64,000 bases of DNA. Origin: Eledone cirrhosa. Its lineage: Eukaryota. Below, in pieces: positions 24,300 to 37,740 of this stretch; within the stretch, counting starts at the first letter, position 1, and each line of letters begins with the position of its first letter. Location: positions 41,974,001-42,038,000 of the forward strand of contig OZ024742.1 in NCBI GenBank assembly GCA_964016885.1. Reading direction: 5' to 3'. The notes under the pieces are model-generated. The model ran no database searches, was not told where the DNA came from, and saw nothing but the letters and a program-made list of their open reading frames with translations. Position numbers and translations under genes: made by a program.

Positions 24300-26012
24300 C
24301 TATAAGAAAAACAAAATAAAAACATGTAAAAAAATAAGCTATTAAATATTTTTATTCATTGTTTGAAAAGAAAATTTTAAATCTAATCTCCTTGGTGTAT
24401 AAATGAAATTTCAGAACATTTATCAAAACCAACTATAAGTAGAAACATTTATGCTTGTTATTTTCTCAAAAGAGTTGACTGACTGCAGTGTATTTCTAGT
24501 ACGTATTTTATTGACTACCTTCAATTCTGACATGTTTTGAACATTTTACGTGATTCAATAAAGTATTTGGTCCACTGTACCATAATGTATGGGTTGGCAT
24601 CAGGAAGAGTATTTAACCATAGAAAATTTGTCTAATTTAGCTCATGTGAGTGGTGTTAGACCAAGGAGATGGCATCACAATCTACCAATTCTGCTGTCTT
24701 AAGCCCCACATCTGGGATGTGACCTGCAGTAATACTTTCTCCAACAGCAACCTGGTGAATTCAATGTCAGATACAGGTTCCATTGCTCAACAAACTAAAG
24801 ATTTCAAGCTGTCAAAGTATTGGCTATCATTGGGAAAAGGTGGCAGATGCACAGAGAGAGTTAGCAGTGAAATATACTTTCTCCAATCCCAGGAAGGGAG
24901 CATAGGAGTAGTTGATAATTTTTGTTATCTATGTGCTCTAATTACTAGTAAAGGAGGTTCCTCTGAAAGCATAGTAGCAGAATAAGAGCAGGATGAAAAA
25001 AGTTTAAGGAGTTACTACCACTGTTCACAAAACGTTTCTATGAACAAAACACCAACTGTATGATGCCTGGTAGTGAAACATGGGCAGTAAATACAGAGGA
25101 TATGTAAAAGCTGGAGAGAAATGAAGCAATCCTGTTTCAATGGATAACAAAGCATAGATAAGCTGTGAGCAAAACTGGATATAAGAGGAATCAGCTGTAG
25201 AGTACAATAGAGAAAGCTGCACTGGTATAGACACATGGTGTCCTTAGTTGAAGAAGTACCAGGAGATCCCAGTAGAAGAAAGCTGCATAAAGGAAGACCT
25301 GAAGGTGGTTGACAGTTTTTGTTACCTAGGTGACCTAATTAGCAGTGGGGAAAGATGCTCTGAAAGTGTGGAAGCCAGAGTAAGAGTGGGTTAGAAAAAG
25401 AGCTAGTATCCTTGTTGACAACAAAGGGCTTTTCCTTCAAAGTGAAGGGTAGACTGTAAGATGCCTGCATGTGATTCACAATGCTAGATGGCAGTGATAC
25501 ATGGACCTTAACTGCTGACTTGTAAAGGGGAGAAAGAAATGAAGCAAACATGTTCTGATGGATGTGTAATCTCAGTGTGCATGAACAACAGAATAACCAA
25601 GCTGAGAAAAAGACTGTGTATAAGAGAAGTCCAAGCAGTATACAAGTGAGAAGACTAAAATCATATGGACGTATGTAAGATGATGGCTGTATAAAGAAAT
25701 GGAGAGAAATCTCAGTTGATAGGACTCATGAAAGAGGTAGATCTAAGAAGGCATGGAATAAGTAGAGAAGACTGACCTCAGGAAGCTGAATCTCATGACA
25801 AAGATTAGTGACATCCCAATCTACCAAACACTCACCTACAAACATAAAATTGGGACCTGAGCACCTCCATATGCGTTGCTGTCGCTCCTTAGCAACTACT
25901 CTTACCATTTTGACAAGAATAAGGGTTTGCTTTTTTTAATATTTATATAAATGAGAGTGAGTGTGTGTATAATATATATATATGTATCTAAAGTCTAAAG
26001 TCTGTTTTAAGA

Positions 26013-26228
26013 CAGAAGGCGACAGAGTACAAGACTCCCCGCTGGACAGGGCGCCAGTCCATTGCAGGTTAAACCCCCAGCTATTGCTGGTACTCATTTT
26101 AAGCTGAGTATACTGGAGCAATGTGAAATGAAGTGTTTTGCTCAAAAACACCACACGCAACCCAGGAATCGAACCTACGACATTATGACCGTAAGTCCAA
26201 CACCCTTATCACTAGGCCACATGCCTCC
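26013..26228 (-). mobile_element. Second tRNA-headed SINE family (also ~4750-4960, 50787-50930)
   Basis: Minus strand GGAGGCATGTGGCCTAGTG...GGTTCGATTCC A/B boxes. Confidence 0.75.
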
Positions 26229-26332
26229 ACACACACATATATATATATATATATAACGAAGGAAATGTGGTAAGGAACCAGATGGACCATAACGCACCAA
26301 AGTACTCAATACTTAAGGTAGTAGAGTGGGTA

Positions 26333-26453
26333 ATAGGAACAAGTATGACCCCGACCGCAGAGCTCAAGCCGTTTCGACGGCTAATTCGAATTCTAATATG
26401 AATTGCCGTCGAAACGGCTTGAGCTCTGCCGTCGGGGTCATACTTGTTCCTAT
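26333..26453. repeat. Near-perfect palindrome (~50-bp arms) within (TA)n, Penelope-type remnant
   Basis: ataggaacaagtatgaccccgac..agagctcaagccgtttcgacggc followed by its reverse complement. Confidence 0.85.
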
Positions 26454-26837
26454 ATATATATATATATATATATAATGTATACATAACTGATTTCTTGGAC
26501 TTTTACAAAGCGGTGAACAGTTAATATAAAGATAAAGTTGATATAAAGAATGGTGTTCACATGTGCAGAAATGCTATAAAATATCTTATAAAATAGTGTG
26601 AAGACCCTTTAAAAATGGAAAAAAAGTTGGTCTAAAGTGCCTAGCCAGTATCTGGGAGATATGGGGTTTCTATGGCTGGATACCCTTCCTATCACCAATC
26701 TCTTTACAGAGTATATTGGGTGTGTTTGTCGTATGTCTGTGAGTGTATGTATGCATGTATATATATATATAAATGTAATTTGAGTTTTTCGAATATTAAT
26801 AATAACATTCGATTCGTTTGCAATTATGCAAACAAGC

Positions 26838-26901
<64 letters not shown>

Positions 26902-28736
26902 TTAGAATTAGAAGCTTTCACCGTATATTCACTACAGAAAATACTCTAATATTAGGGCATAAGAACCCTCATAACGATTTTTAAAAAAAATTGGGCATTA
27001 GTATGCGTGCTAATGCCCATGTAGTTCTATGATAAAATGCATTGAGTACAGACTCTAAAATGGTTTGCATGAGGAAGGGCATCAAATCTTAGAAACTAAG
27101 CCCAAAATGGAACATATGTCACTTGGCCTGTCTAACTTCAGAACGTGACAATGAGTAATGATGTGTGCGTATTGTATTTTTTGCACTTGTTTTAAAGAAA
27201 AATGTCAAGGAAAAGAAAGTTGTAGTAGTATTTAAATGATTTTTAATATACAAAAAATTCAACCTGATATTTAAAAAAAAAGTATTATTACTTCAGATGC
27301 AAAAGCGCACAAAACATGGTATGAAAACAATTTAACGCATCAGTTTCTAGTTAGCTTCTTGGAAGGAAATCTGAAATTTCATCATAGGATGCACGATCAT
27401 TTTCGAAGGGAATGTTATACCTGGTACCATCCATTGTTTTACTTAAGCCATATATATGTATATGTTCGAAATTAATACTTAGTTTGTCCGTGTTAAGAAC
27501 GTTGTCAACTGCAATAATGTACGTTAATGTTAAGTGGGAAACCTTGACATGCTAGAAGACGAAACCAAATCTTCTTCAAATAACTTGTCACCATCTTAAG
27601 AAAAATAAATAAAGGGAAGGACACACTGGATAAGGTAGTCTTAGATATACCTAAACAGATGCGATGTCATGGTTGGAATGCTTCTGATCAGAATTAATCT
27701 GGTGGCAAAACAACTGTTTGTAAAAAAAAAAAAAAATTTAATGAAAAGGTAACAAGTTGTTCCATAATGTACAAAAAAACATTTGTTTTTATTAAATATT
27801 GTTGATTCTATTTTGTTGTTCTTTGCTCGATTTTTGTTCGAAATTGTAGGAAAATAATTCAGGTTTGAATTATTTATTGTTTTCTTTCTAATTTGCAATT
27901 GGCATTGATCATCACCACCATCATCTTAATCAAAGTATAAAAATTCAGCCGAGAAATGTAATAACATTATTTAAAAATTCATAGAAAATATGTTTTCCCT
28001 TTTGACAAGAATAAAGGTTTGCTTTTTTTTTTTAATGTTTACATAACAACTGAGAGTATATTACTGTTATCTATTTTAATCTCAGATTATGAAAGATATG
28101 TCAAGTCGACATTAAAGACAAAACTGAGAAATTTCACCAAAATAAACTTCGATATGCAGAAAAATATATGCATAAAAATATCAAAATTTTCTGGTAAATT
28201 TTCGAGAAATTATAGTTGTCTCCGTTTCAAATAAGTTCTATAAAATATATTTATATATATTTATGCATTTCCAAACTTTAGCTATGCGTAGAAAACAAAA
28301 ACAAATCATCAAAAATTGTTATTTGACCATTTCGTGAAGACGAAACCTATTTGATGTCTAAGAAGAAGAAAAAATAGATAAAAGTCAATACAAAATATAA
28401 AATTGAAGAAACATAACAGTAAATAAGTTGGATACCTTAAATATGTATCCAATTAGTTGTTGACTTTAATGGTAAGCATTATTTGGCGAGTATGAAAATA
28501 ATAACTTAAAGCAATTGATTGTAGAAGTGCAGCATCGGTCGTCTGCTTCTTGGCAAGGTAATCAAGTGTTTTGATTTTTGTTTAAATACGGTAATAACAA
28601 AACAAAACAAAATAATGTATATAAAATATATAATTTATAACAAGTCGACAATTTGTAACATTTGTTTTCGAAATACACCATAAATGTTATGCTAGAAGAA
28701 AAAAAAGGTTTGGTCAGTTGAAGTGAAAGAACTTAC

Positions 28737-28740
28737 CCAT
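28737..28740 (-). CDS. FBXO47: FBXO47 probable first coding exon (ATG-G only)
   Basis: Minus strand reads ...aacATGG|gtaagt, a consensus donor in phase 1 that joins the next exon to give M-D-FKAFLAAKK. The exon is very short, so the call rests on donor strength and phase. Confidence 0.6.
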
Positions 28741-29089
28741 GTTAAAATTTGACGAAGAGTGATATTTTTACTTTTTTACTTTTTTACTTTAGCGGACAAG
28801 GCATGCGTTCTAGTAAGTAGCCAGTGTCATTAATCCGCTACATAATAGCCGGTTAAAAAATAATAATAATACCTTAATAAAATTTAACCTTTAATAAAAT
28901 GACAATATTGAGAGAAATTTGCCACTATATTTCAATGAGAATCAGGAAAATACTTGGTTTTAAGGAGATTCGGTTGCATTTCTCATATATAAATAATTTC
29001 TTTTTTTTTCGTTTTTATTTTATTTTATTTTATATTTTTGGTAAATTTATGGAAACAATTATTTTTCCTGTTTTTTTTTATTTTTTTAA

Positions 29090-29781
29090 AACTTTTTTGG
29101 TGTGCTATCAATTAATCTCACCTCCGAACATGCCGCAATTGACCCCCCCCCCCCCCCCCCACCTCGGAACGCGGTATGGGGAGGGGGTCGGCCTTTCCCC
29201 CCGCAAGCCCGGAGTTTTCTTTACCATTAAATCTTTTTTTTTTACGTTATCAATAAATTTGACCCCCAAATCAATAGGAAACGACTAGCTTTTACAGAAA
29301 AACGTGAGGGGAACACCCTTGCAGTTTTACAGATCTATATCTGCCTCGTGTTTGGTGGGATTTTTATTGTTCATGGGTTCTTGTCGTTAGTTATAGACGA
29401 ATCTGACCTCCAACCACACTGGCCCTAACCTTAACCCCTAACCATAATCCTTAACCTCAAAACGTATCCCTAACGCTAATCCCTCACCCTAACCCCTAAA
29501 CCTAACCTTAACACTAACCCTTCAGATATTTGTCGTGAGGTAGGGTTAACTAAAAAAAAAAATGAATCATATAACACGAAAAATAAAAAATAAAAATAGT
29601 AAAGAAAACTCTCTGGTGGGGGCGTTCCATCCAACAGCACCTCCCACTCCACCCTCTGTTTTCAGAAAAAAAGGACTTTGCGACATGTTCGGAGGTCAGA
29701 TTAGTTGACAGTACACAGAAGAAAATAATAAAGAAAAACAACTCCTACTGAAATCGAGAGAGTGTATTTCTATAACAATAC
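29090..29781. mobile_element. Non-autonomous DNA element with inverted subterminal motifs and an internal (CCCTAA)n-like tract; related end at 32380-32598
   Basis: gtgctatcaattaatctcacctcc (29100) is inverted at ~29690, 32392 and 32517; a shared end tgaaatcg...tttctataayaatacc occurs at 29781 and 32598. Confidence 0.5.
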
Positions 29782-30399
29782 CTTTTTGTTCTCAAAAAAG
29801 TCTATTTTCTTTTTCATTGAGTTACGTGTCAGAATTTTTTTTTTTTTTTTCAAATGGGGAATAATTTTATTTATGGAATATATCATGTAAATACAGTTTA
29901 ATATAAAAAGAAAAAAGAAATTTAGATTGAGAAGAATGGAATGTAAAATAGGAAAATATAAAGAACAAAGAGAAAAAGAAAAAAAGCCAGAAAAGGGAGG
30001 GAATGGCAAGGACTCTAGTGTCACAGAAGATTGGGAAGGGGGAGGGGGATAATTGGGCTCTGGGCCTAGGGCGCAGTGGTAAAGGGGCTGCGCCCTGTGG
30101 ACAAGACCACAAAAGCTGATTTGTGACTCCTAAACTTTTTATTTGCTTAACCCTATCCTTACCATGTTTCTGCCTATGTATTTCAATTCATTTTTAAAAT
30201 AGCTAAGCATTTGGAAGGATTTTATAATATTACATTATTACACTGGTACTAGGAACATAATAAAATATTTGTAAATAAAATTATGATGGAAGGTTTTAAT
30301 ATAATTTTAAACACATTAAAATAGACAGTTTTGTATCACAGAGCCAGGAGCAGTTTATCAGCCACGTTTTGTGATCGAAAATGTTTCACTCTAAAGTAA

Positions 30400-31365
30400 T
30401 CATGCAGTGTGTCTTGTGATTTTCATGCGAGATGCCTCAGTAAACTTAATAACCTCATTCATTACTACACCAAACTTACTTGCAATATAAGTCTTGATTA
30501 CACCAGCTGGCAACTGGCTAAACTCTCAGACCTGGCATTGCCAGTTTATTTGTCAGCCATCATCTCTAGCTGCACCCTCAACAATGAGGTTCTCTGCAGG
30601 ATGTTAGAACCCAATGTAGATTGGGAACTCTCAAATCAGTTCTGGCCATTTTGGTTGATGATAACCTTACTGTATATAGATTAGCAATACATCTGAGAGG
30701 ACATCATGCAATTCAACTTGTACACCATCTTGCATTGCCTCTAGTCTGCTTCACAGCCAAACAGAGGTGTGTGGCTAAATTTAGTCACTTCTTCTTCAAT
30801 CAGTACCCTTCTTGATGATGAATGCACCTGCATTGGAATAGCCTTGCATTTTGGCCATTGCATATGTGATCCACACAAGTGCCATAGTGGTGCTATGATT
30901 GATGAGTTCAGACTGTATCTGTTCTCTTCTCACTACAATGTATGTCAGGTTTCATGGCATGCCACCTTGAATGGTATCATCAGAAGGAGCCTTGATGCAG
31001 CCAGTTTCCTATCATAACTGGAGTTTACCAACTTTGACCGTGATAATGATAAATGCTTCAACAAGATAACCTTTTTCCCTTTTGAGGGTGGTAAATCACT
31101 AATCTAAGATGTCACATACTGCAATACATTATCCAGTTCTAATCTTGTTGCTTTGGCCACAAACCCAGGCACTGGTGATCGTAACACAGTATAGCAAAAG
31201 ATATCCAAATACTGGGACTTGACTGACCACTTTCTTTGTGTGCTGGTTGTTATTGAGATCTCTGATGTCCTTGGTCTCCAGACTCCATTTTCCTTTGCAA
31301 AATCAGGAGTAGATCCCACCTTAGGAAGGGGACCCATGGAATGGCTGATGCAGTGCGTGTAACTG
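30400..31365 (+). mobile_element. Degenerate CRE-like retrotransposon (zinc knuckle + RLE)
   Basis: ICDPHKCHSG...HATLNGIIRRSL, followed by FPFEGGKSLI*DVT. Confidence 0.6.
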
Positions 31366-33075
31366 TCTGTTCTTCGTTGCAATACTTTTTACCATCTTGT
31401 CTGCAGGATACAGCTGAGATATACCACACAGCCAAGGATGTAGAGTTTGCTCCCTTAATCCTTCTTTTTAATACTTTCATCATTGTACACTTGCTCATTG
31501 GGCTTATATTTGCATATTAAACAGTGATGAGTAAATAGAAACAGTAAATTTAATTAAAATATGAAATCAAAAAAGCATATTAGTGCCTATCCTATGAAAA
31601 CAGTGCCATTGCTTTTATATATAAATTCTAAATGCACTGAAACTTAGATTTGAAGATTGCCACATTTATGGGCCACCATTGCATGTGTAGTAATGCATCA
31701 GAAGGAACAGGGTATAGAGACATCACATTAGTGAAAGGAATGAAATGGCACTCTGTCTTGAGGCCATTTCAAATTATTAGATTATTTAACATTACTGATA
31801 AAATCATATGGGAATAAATGAATGCTACTTACATCAGAAGCAGATGTATTGACTTGTAATACGGAAGAATATTTTACAAAGAAAAGGTTGGCAGTGGCTT
31901 TGAGGTTTTGTTCATGAAGCCAACAAGAGATGAAACATTAAAGTCATTGTCAACCTATAGTCTTTCTATCTATATGTATTAATTGGTGAATCAGTTAATG
32001 CTTGACTGTTTTTATGTGGTTCCTCTGAAGGGTCTTTGGAGTAATGTTACTCGATAAAATACGTAGCTTGGAGATTGGGGAGTTGCTCCAAATCGAGCCA
32101 CAACTTCATAGCTCCGATACTATAGACATAATTAGAATGTCTCAGGAAAGAATCACTGGACTGATTTTACAGGCAAAACCAACCAGTAGAAACGCAGGAG
32201 CAGACCTCGAGCAAGATGGTTGGATAACATTTATGAGCTCGGCTGGTCTCACTTAAGGATCCAGCCAGACTTCGAGTTTTCTGTACCACATAGCCGTAAC
32301 ACCAACGCCAATCTCGAGTGAAGGGGTGAAAAGTTTGAGGGTCCCCCTCTTTCCTCCTCGTTTTCCGGGGGTCGGGGAAGTCCTTTGCATAGAGGTAAGA
32401 TTAGTTGGTAGCACGCGAACAAAACAAGGGAAAAAAAATTGTAAAGAGAACTCCGAGGGCTGAATATCAGAGAGTTCCCCCCTCCCTTTTCCGCACAAGT
32501 CCTTTGCCCCATATTAGGAGGTAAGTTTAATTGATAGCACACGAAAAAATATTATTTCCTATTGAAATCGGTGGACATATTTTTCTATAATAATACCGAA
32601 TATTGTATAAACACAAATATAAACATAAATACAATCAATTATTGCTAGGAACCTCACAAATACAACGCACCAAAATATATGAGCAAAGCGAGAGAAAGAA
32701 AGAATAAGAAAGGAGGGAAACAAAAAACAAAAACGATCATCAATTCACCACCAAGTGTAACATCACCTTTATGCAATGTATATTTATATTGTCTATAAAT
32801 ATATATGTAAAAGCCGTTATTTAAAAAAAAAATGAGTCTTCAGCGAATTAAGTTTGCAACCTGTTTGTGTTTTCAATGACTTTCAAAACTATTATGATTG
32901 TCTACCTAACCCATTTGTCCATCTTAATAATTTATTAATGTAACCTTTTTTTAATTACATATTTTGCCTCTTCTCTCATCCTGGCTGCCGCGGTTAGGGC
33001 GAGAGCTACAGCTTCCGTAGCCGAACAGAGCAAAATCCTGAAATACCGTGATCTCCTCGGCTAACTACATTTTCG

Positions 33076-33805
33076 GGCACTACAACGCTATTAGCTGTCA
33101 GTCGAAAGCAGCCGATGAAAGCAAAACATCGTTTATTTCCGCATTACTACCACGCGTACTTGGTGGTAGTAATACGGAAATAAACGATGACGAATGACGT
33201 CACCTTCGCCTGCTTTCATCGGCTGCTTTCACGACTGACAGCTATATATCACGTGAACACTATCACATTATTCTTTCAAAAGGAAAAGTTTGGCGCCATT
33301 TTTCTCCAGGGAATAGCGCAAATGTCAACAAACGCAGAAGAAAAGAAACAGTAAAAGCAAAAGATAAGTAAATAGTAAGTAATATCAAATAATTATTAAA
33401 AACGTTACAGGAGTCGCATTACGCGAATAATTAAGTTTCATACATACATATATATATGTGTGTATGTATGTATATATATGTATTTTATCTGATGAAAGCA
33501 GTGGCCCTTAAAATATATATAAAATAAATATGGTTTTATAAATATAGTTTCCATTTATTAATATATTGTATATATATATATGTATGTATGTATATATATA
33601 TATATGTATGTAAAAAAAAAATTATCAGCAATTGTATTAAACTAAGATTTTATTGTTTTATATTTTGTATCTCGGCTCTGTAATACATTTGAAAATTTAC
33701 ATTGAGCCTTTTTTCCTACCGGTAACTGGCTAGTACTTAGTACTACCATCCATATTTATAATCATATATAAGTATAAATATTATTATTATTACTATGTAT
33801 GTATA

Positions 33806-33856
<51 letters not shown>

Positions 33857-34870
33857 ATAATAATAAAGAAGAAAGACGGTATCATTTGTTCATCCCTATT
33901 TATTTTATTATACTTATTTCGAAGACATATATCATTTGTATAGTATCTGCCCTACGTGTTTTCTTCCGACAAAAATCCATGCAAGATGTAAATATCCGTT
34001 GATATGAGATATTCGTTGATATCCGTTGATATGAGAACACGTAGGACAGATGTTATACAAATGAAATACGCATAATAAAATAAATAGGGATGGGCAAATG
34101 ATACCGTCTTTCTTGTTTATTATTATAACCCACCGAGGTTAACTTTGCCTTTCATCCTTATGGGTTGATAAAATAAAGTACCAGTAATACACTGGGTAAT
34201 TGCTGGCCTTGTGCAAAAGTAGAAACAATTGTTATGATAAAACTCAGGATAAACATAAACTGTTGAGTGTTTGTCATCTCTTATGAAAGAGTCGGCAGAT
34301 TTTCAGTCAACCAACTTTCCTTAGTTGAATAAATATATGTATGTATATATATATATACGTATATTTTCTTTAATATTGCAACATTAAAGGAATATATCCT
34401 TCTGAAAGAATCGCGAGCAATTTATAATGTTATTTAAGCATTGGTAATGTTATTTATGTATATATTTAAAACATATTTGCTATGTTATTCTACTGTAAAT
34501 TTATTTATATGCTTTGTATATATTATATATACACAAATAATGAATCTGTATATTAAAACATCGTTTGTATTATTCAATCAGTTTATTGAACAACTAGAAT
34601 GCTCATCGTCAAGTATTTATACATATATATATATATGAGTGTGTGTGTGTGTGTATGTATGTATGAATCTATATATATATGTATATATATGTATGTATAT
34701 CTATATATATATGTGTGTGTGTATGTATATATGTGTGTATGTATATATATGTGTGTGTATGCATATGTGTGTGTATGCATATGTGTGTGTGTATGTATAT
34801 ATATATGTGTGTGTGTATGCATATATGTGTGTGTATGTATATATATGTGTGTATTTATATATATGTATAT
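33076..34870 (+). mobile_element. GGCACTACAACG-TIR foldback element plus attached sequence, copy 1 of a duplicated block
   Basis: Hairpin 33092-33244; the block is near-identical to 46648-47246 + 49759-50580 + 50931-51020. Confidence 0.65.
33858..34127. repeat. Imperfect palindrome next to microsatellite
   Basis: aaagacggtatcatttg..catccctatttattttatt and catttgtata..atctgccctacgtgtt are mirrored at 34036-34127. Confidence 0.75.
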
Positions 34871-35029
34871 ATCTAAATGAAGATAAATTAACGGAGCCAT
34901 AGAGTCGCGTTATTCCCTGTAAATTATGTGCTCAAAGGGAAAGGAATCCTATACATATTGTATATGTATATATGTATATGCATGTATATATATGTATATG
35001 TGTATTTGTATATGTGTGTATGTATGTAT

Positions 35030-35668
35030 ATCATCATCATCATCATCGTTTAACGTCCATCTTCCACGCTTGCATGGGTTTGGACGGGAGTTTTCCCACT
35101 TGAGGCAAGAGTGGTTGTCTTGCTCACATAGGACTGTCTGGCGGGTTTTCTACGGCTAGATGCCCTTCCTAACACCAACCACGTTTACAGTGTGGGACTG
35201 GGAGGTTTTTACCGTGTTACCTACACGGCCACATTACAGCGTGGACTGTGTGTTTTTTTGACGTGACACCTACACGACCTCATTTGTTTCGGACTGGATG
35301 TTGTGGTACCAATATAACTTTACATTGAAAGGGGTGGTGTGGATGGGGTGGGGGTAGTGGGACAGGGGTGTATTTTTGTTAGAGGTGCCTACTGACTGTA
35401 GTAGGTTTCACTTTGTACTTAGGTAAGGCGGGTCTTCTGTATTAGTGTGTAGTGCCAAAGATCTCGGTCCAGTGACATTGTCTTGGAGAGGTGTAAGTGT
35501 GTGAGGTCGGAATTTATCAAGTTGTCCCAGGTTTTTCTGGGTCTGCCTACTCCATGGCTACCGTCTATTTTTATCGCCCTGCACTTTTTTATACAGCTGT
35601 CGTCTTTCATGCGCATCACGTGACCGTACCAACGTAGTCTTCTCTCGAGTAAACAACATCTGATCCAC
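35030..35668 (-). mobile_element. RTE 3' fragment (same young family as 15423-17003 and 38423-40707)
   Basis: RCCLLERRLRWYGHV...GRPRKTW plus 3'UTR and (CAT)n. Confidence 0.88.
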
Positions 35669-35669
35669 A

Positions 35670-37680
35670 CTATGGTGTAGTTTGGGGTAGATTAATGTGG
35701 TGTGGTGTGCTTTATTATAAGTAAGGAATTAAATTTCCACTTTGATTTAACAGCACCATATTATGGTAAATTGATTACAGAACACCTACTCCTATCATTT
35801 ACATCACACCATGGTATGGACATCAATGTGACAAATTTGCTACCTGCTTTTTTTTTTTTTTTTGTGGTTACCACCTCAAACTAACATCAAAGGTGCTTGC
35901 AAGTGACTATTTTCCCACATTATCAATGAATATGTCATGGGAATCTATCGTTCAGAATTGGTTTCCCTTTCATAACTTCGCCAAACCAGACCAAACCAAA
36001 CCATACCAAGTTACACCATACTACATCACACCAAGCTATTGATCTTGGTGTGAAAAATTATCTTCCGTTTCCTTTTTTTTTTGTGTGTGTGTGCTTACCA
36101 CCCAATCTGACATTAAAGGTGCTCCCAATTGACTATTTTTTTTCCACTTATCAATAATTATGACATGGAAACCTGTCGAAAATGACTATCTTTGTAGAAA
36201 AGTCACCAAACCATGCCATACTACATCACACCAAGCTATTGATTTTGATATGACAAATTTTCATTTGGCATTTTTTTTCTTTTTTCTTTTTTCTTTTTTC
36301 TTTTTTCTTTTTTCTTTTTTCTTTTTTCTTTTTTCTTTTTTCTTTTTTCTTTTTTGTGCTTACCACCCAATTTGACATAAATGGTGCTCGCAAATTACTA
36401 TTTTATGCACATATTATCAATGGTTATGACATGGAAACCTGATGAAAATGACTAGCTTTGTAGAAAAAAGAGGGAGGATGCGGGTGGAAATACCATTTAC
36501 AAAGCCAGTCATTTTTTATTGCAGCGGAAGTCATATCTTTTGTTAATATGCTAAAAGCATAGTCCACTGCGAGCATCTTGGAAGTTGATAGCACATGCAA
36601 AAATGAAGGAAACATTTTTTTTCTAACATAAATCAAAGTGGAAATTTAAATCCTCACTTATAACAAAGCACACCACAGCACATTAATCTACCCCAATCCA
36701 CACCATAAATTCACCATAACCATACTTCACTATATGGTAAATTCATTACAGAACACCTACCATTTACATCACACCATGGTATGGAGATCAATGTGACAAA
36801 TTTGCTACCTGCTTTTTTTTTCTTTTGTGGTTACCACCCAAACTAACATCAAAGGTGCTTACAAATGACTATTTTCCCACATTATCAATGAATATGACAT
36901 GGGAATCTATCGTTCAGAATTGGTTTCCATTTCATAACTTCACCAAACGAAACCAAACCACACCATACCAAGTTACACCATACTCCATCACACCAAGCTA
37001 TTGATCTTGGTGTGAAACATTTTCTTCCCGTCTCCTTTTTTTTTTTTATGTGTGTGCTTACCACCCAATCTGACATTAAAGGTGCTCCCAATTGACTATT
37101 TTTTTTCCACTTATCAATAATTATGACATGGAAACCGTCGAAAATGACTATCTTTGTATAAACTTCACCAAACCACACCATACTACATCACACCAAGCTA
37201 TTGATATTGGTATGACAAATTTTCATCTGGGATTTTTTTTTTTTTTTTGTGCTTACCACCCAATTTGACAGAAAAGGTGCTCGCAAATTACTATTTTATG
37301 CACATATTATCAATGGTTATGACATAAAACCTGATGAAAATGACTAGTTTTGTAGAAAAAAGAGGGAGGATGTGGGTGGAAATACCATTTACAAAGCTAG
37401 CCATGTTTTTTGGCAGTGGAAGTCATATTTTTTGTTAATATGCTAAAAGCATAATCCACCGCGAGCTTCTTGGAAGTTGATAGCACATGCAAAAATGAAG
37501 GAAAAATTTTTTTTCTAACGTAAATCAAAAATGGAAATTTAAATCCTCACTTATAACAAAGCACACCACAGCACATTAATCTACCCCAATCCACACCATA
37601 TACTTCACCATAACCATACTTCACTATATGGTAAATTTATTACAGAATACCTACTCCTACCATTTACATCACACCAATGC
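35670..37680. repeat. ~0.9-1.0 kb tandem repeat (about 2.1 units) with internal ~190-bp subrepeats and an inverted head
   Basis: Anchor tatggtaaatt.attacagaa at ~35762, 36733 and 37627; 35670-35748 is the reverse complement of 36630-36707. Confidence 0.85.
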
Positions 37681-37740
37681 TCGCAGTTGACTATTGTGTG
37701 TCATTGCCCTTGAGAGGTGCAATTGGGAAAGGTCGGCTTA

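Noticed and set aside
27290-27594. Possible extra FBXO47 exon (minus-strand acceptor cttaag|ATGGTGAC...)
   Set aside because: The strongest candidate donors are phase 2 or the frames hit stops, and there is no recognisable similarity to FBXO47.
32980-33075. CpG-rich stretch containing CTCCTCGG, resembling an HDV-like L3 or a promoter
   Set aside because: P1/P3 pairing could not be built, and no downstream gene is supported.
34583-34902. Many 60-175 aa ORFs rich in Y/I/C/V/M/H/T (also ~50256-50690, 52135-52662, 54560-55037, 60101-60594, 60988-61395)
   Set aside because: Translations of (TA)n/(TG)n/(TATG)n microsatellites.
35750-37680. CRISPR-like repeat/spacer appearance
   Set aside because: Eukaryotic tandem repeat; the intervening segments are themselves repeated, and there are no cas genes.
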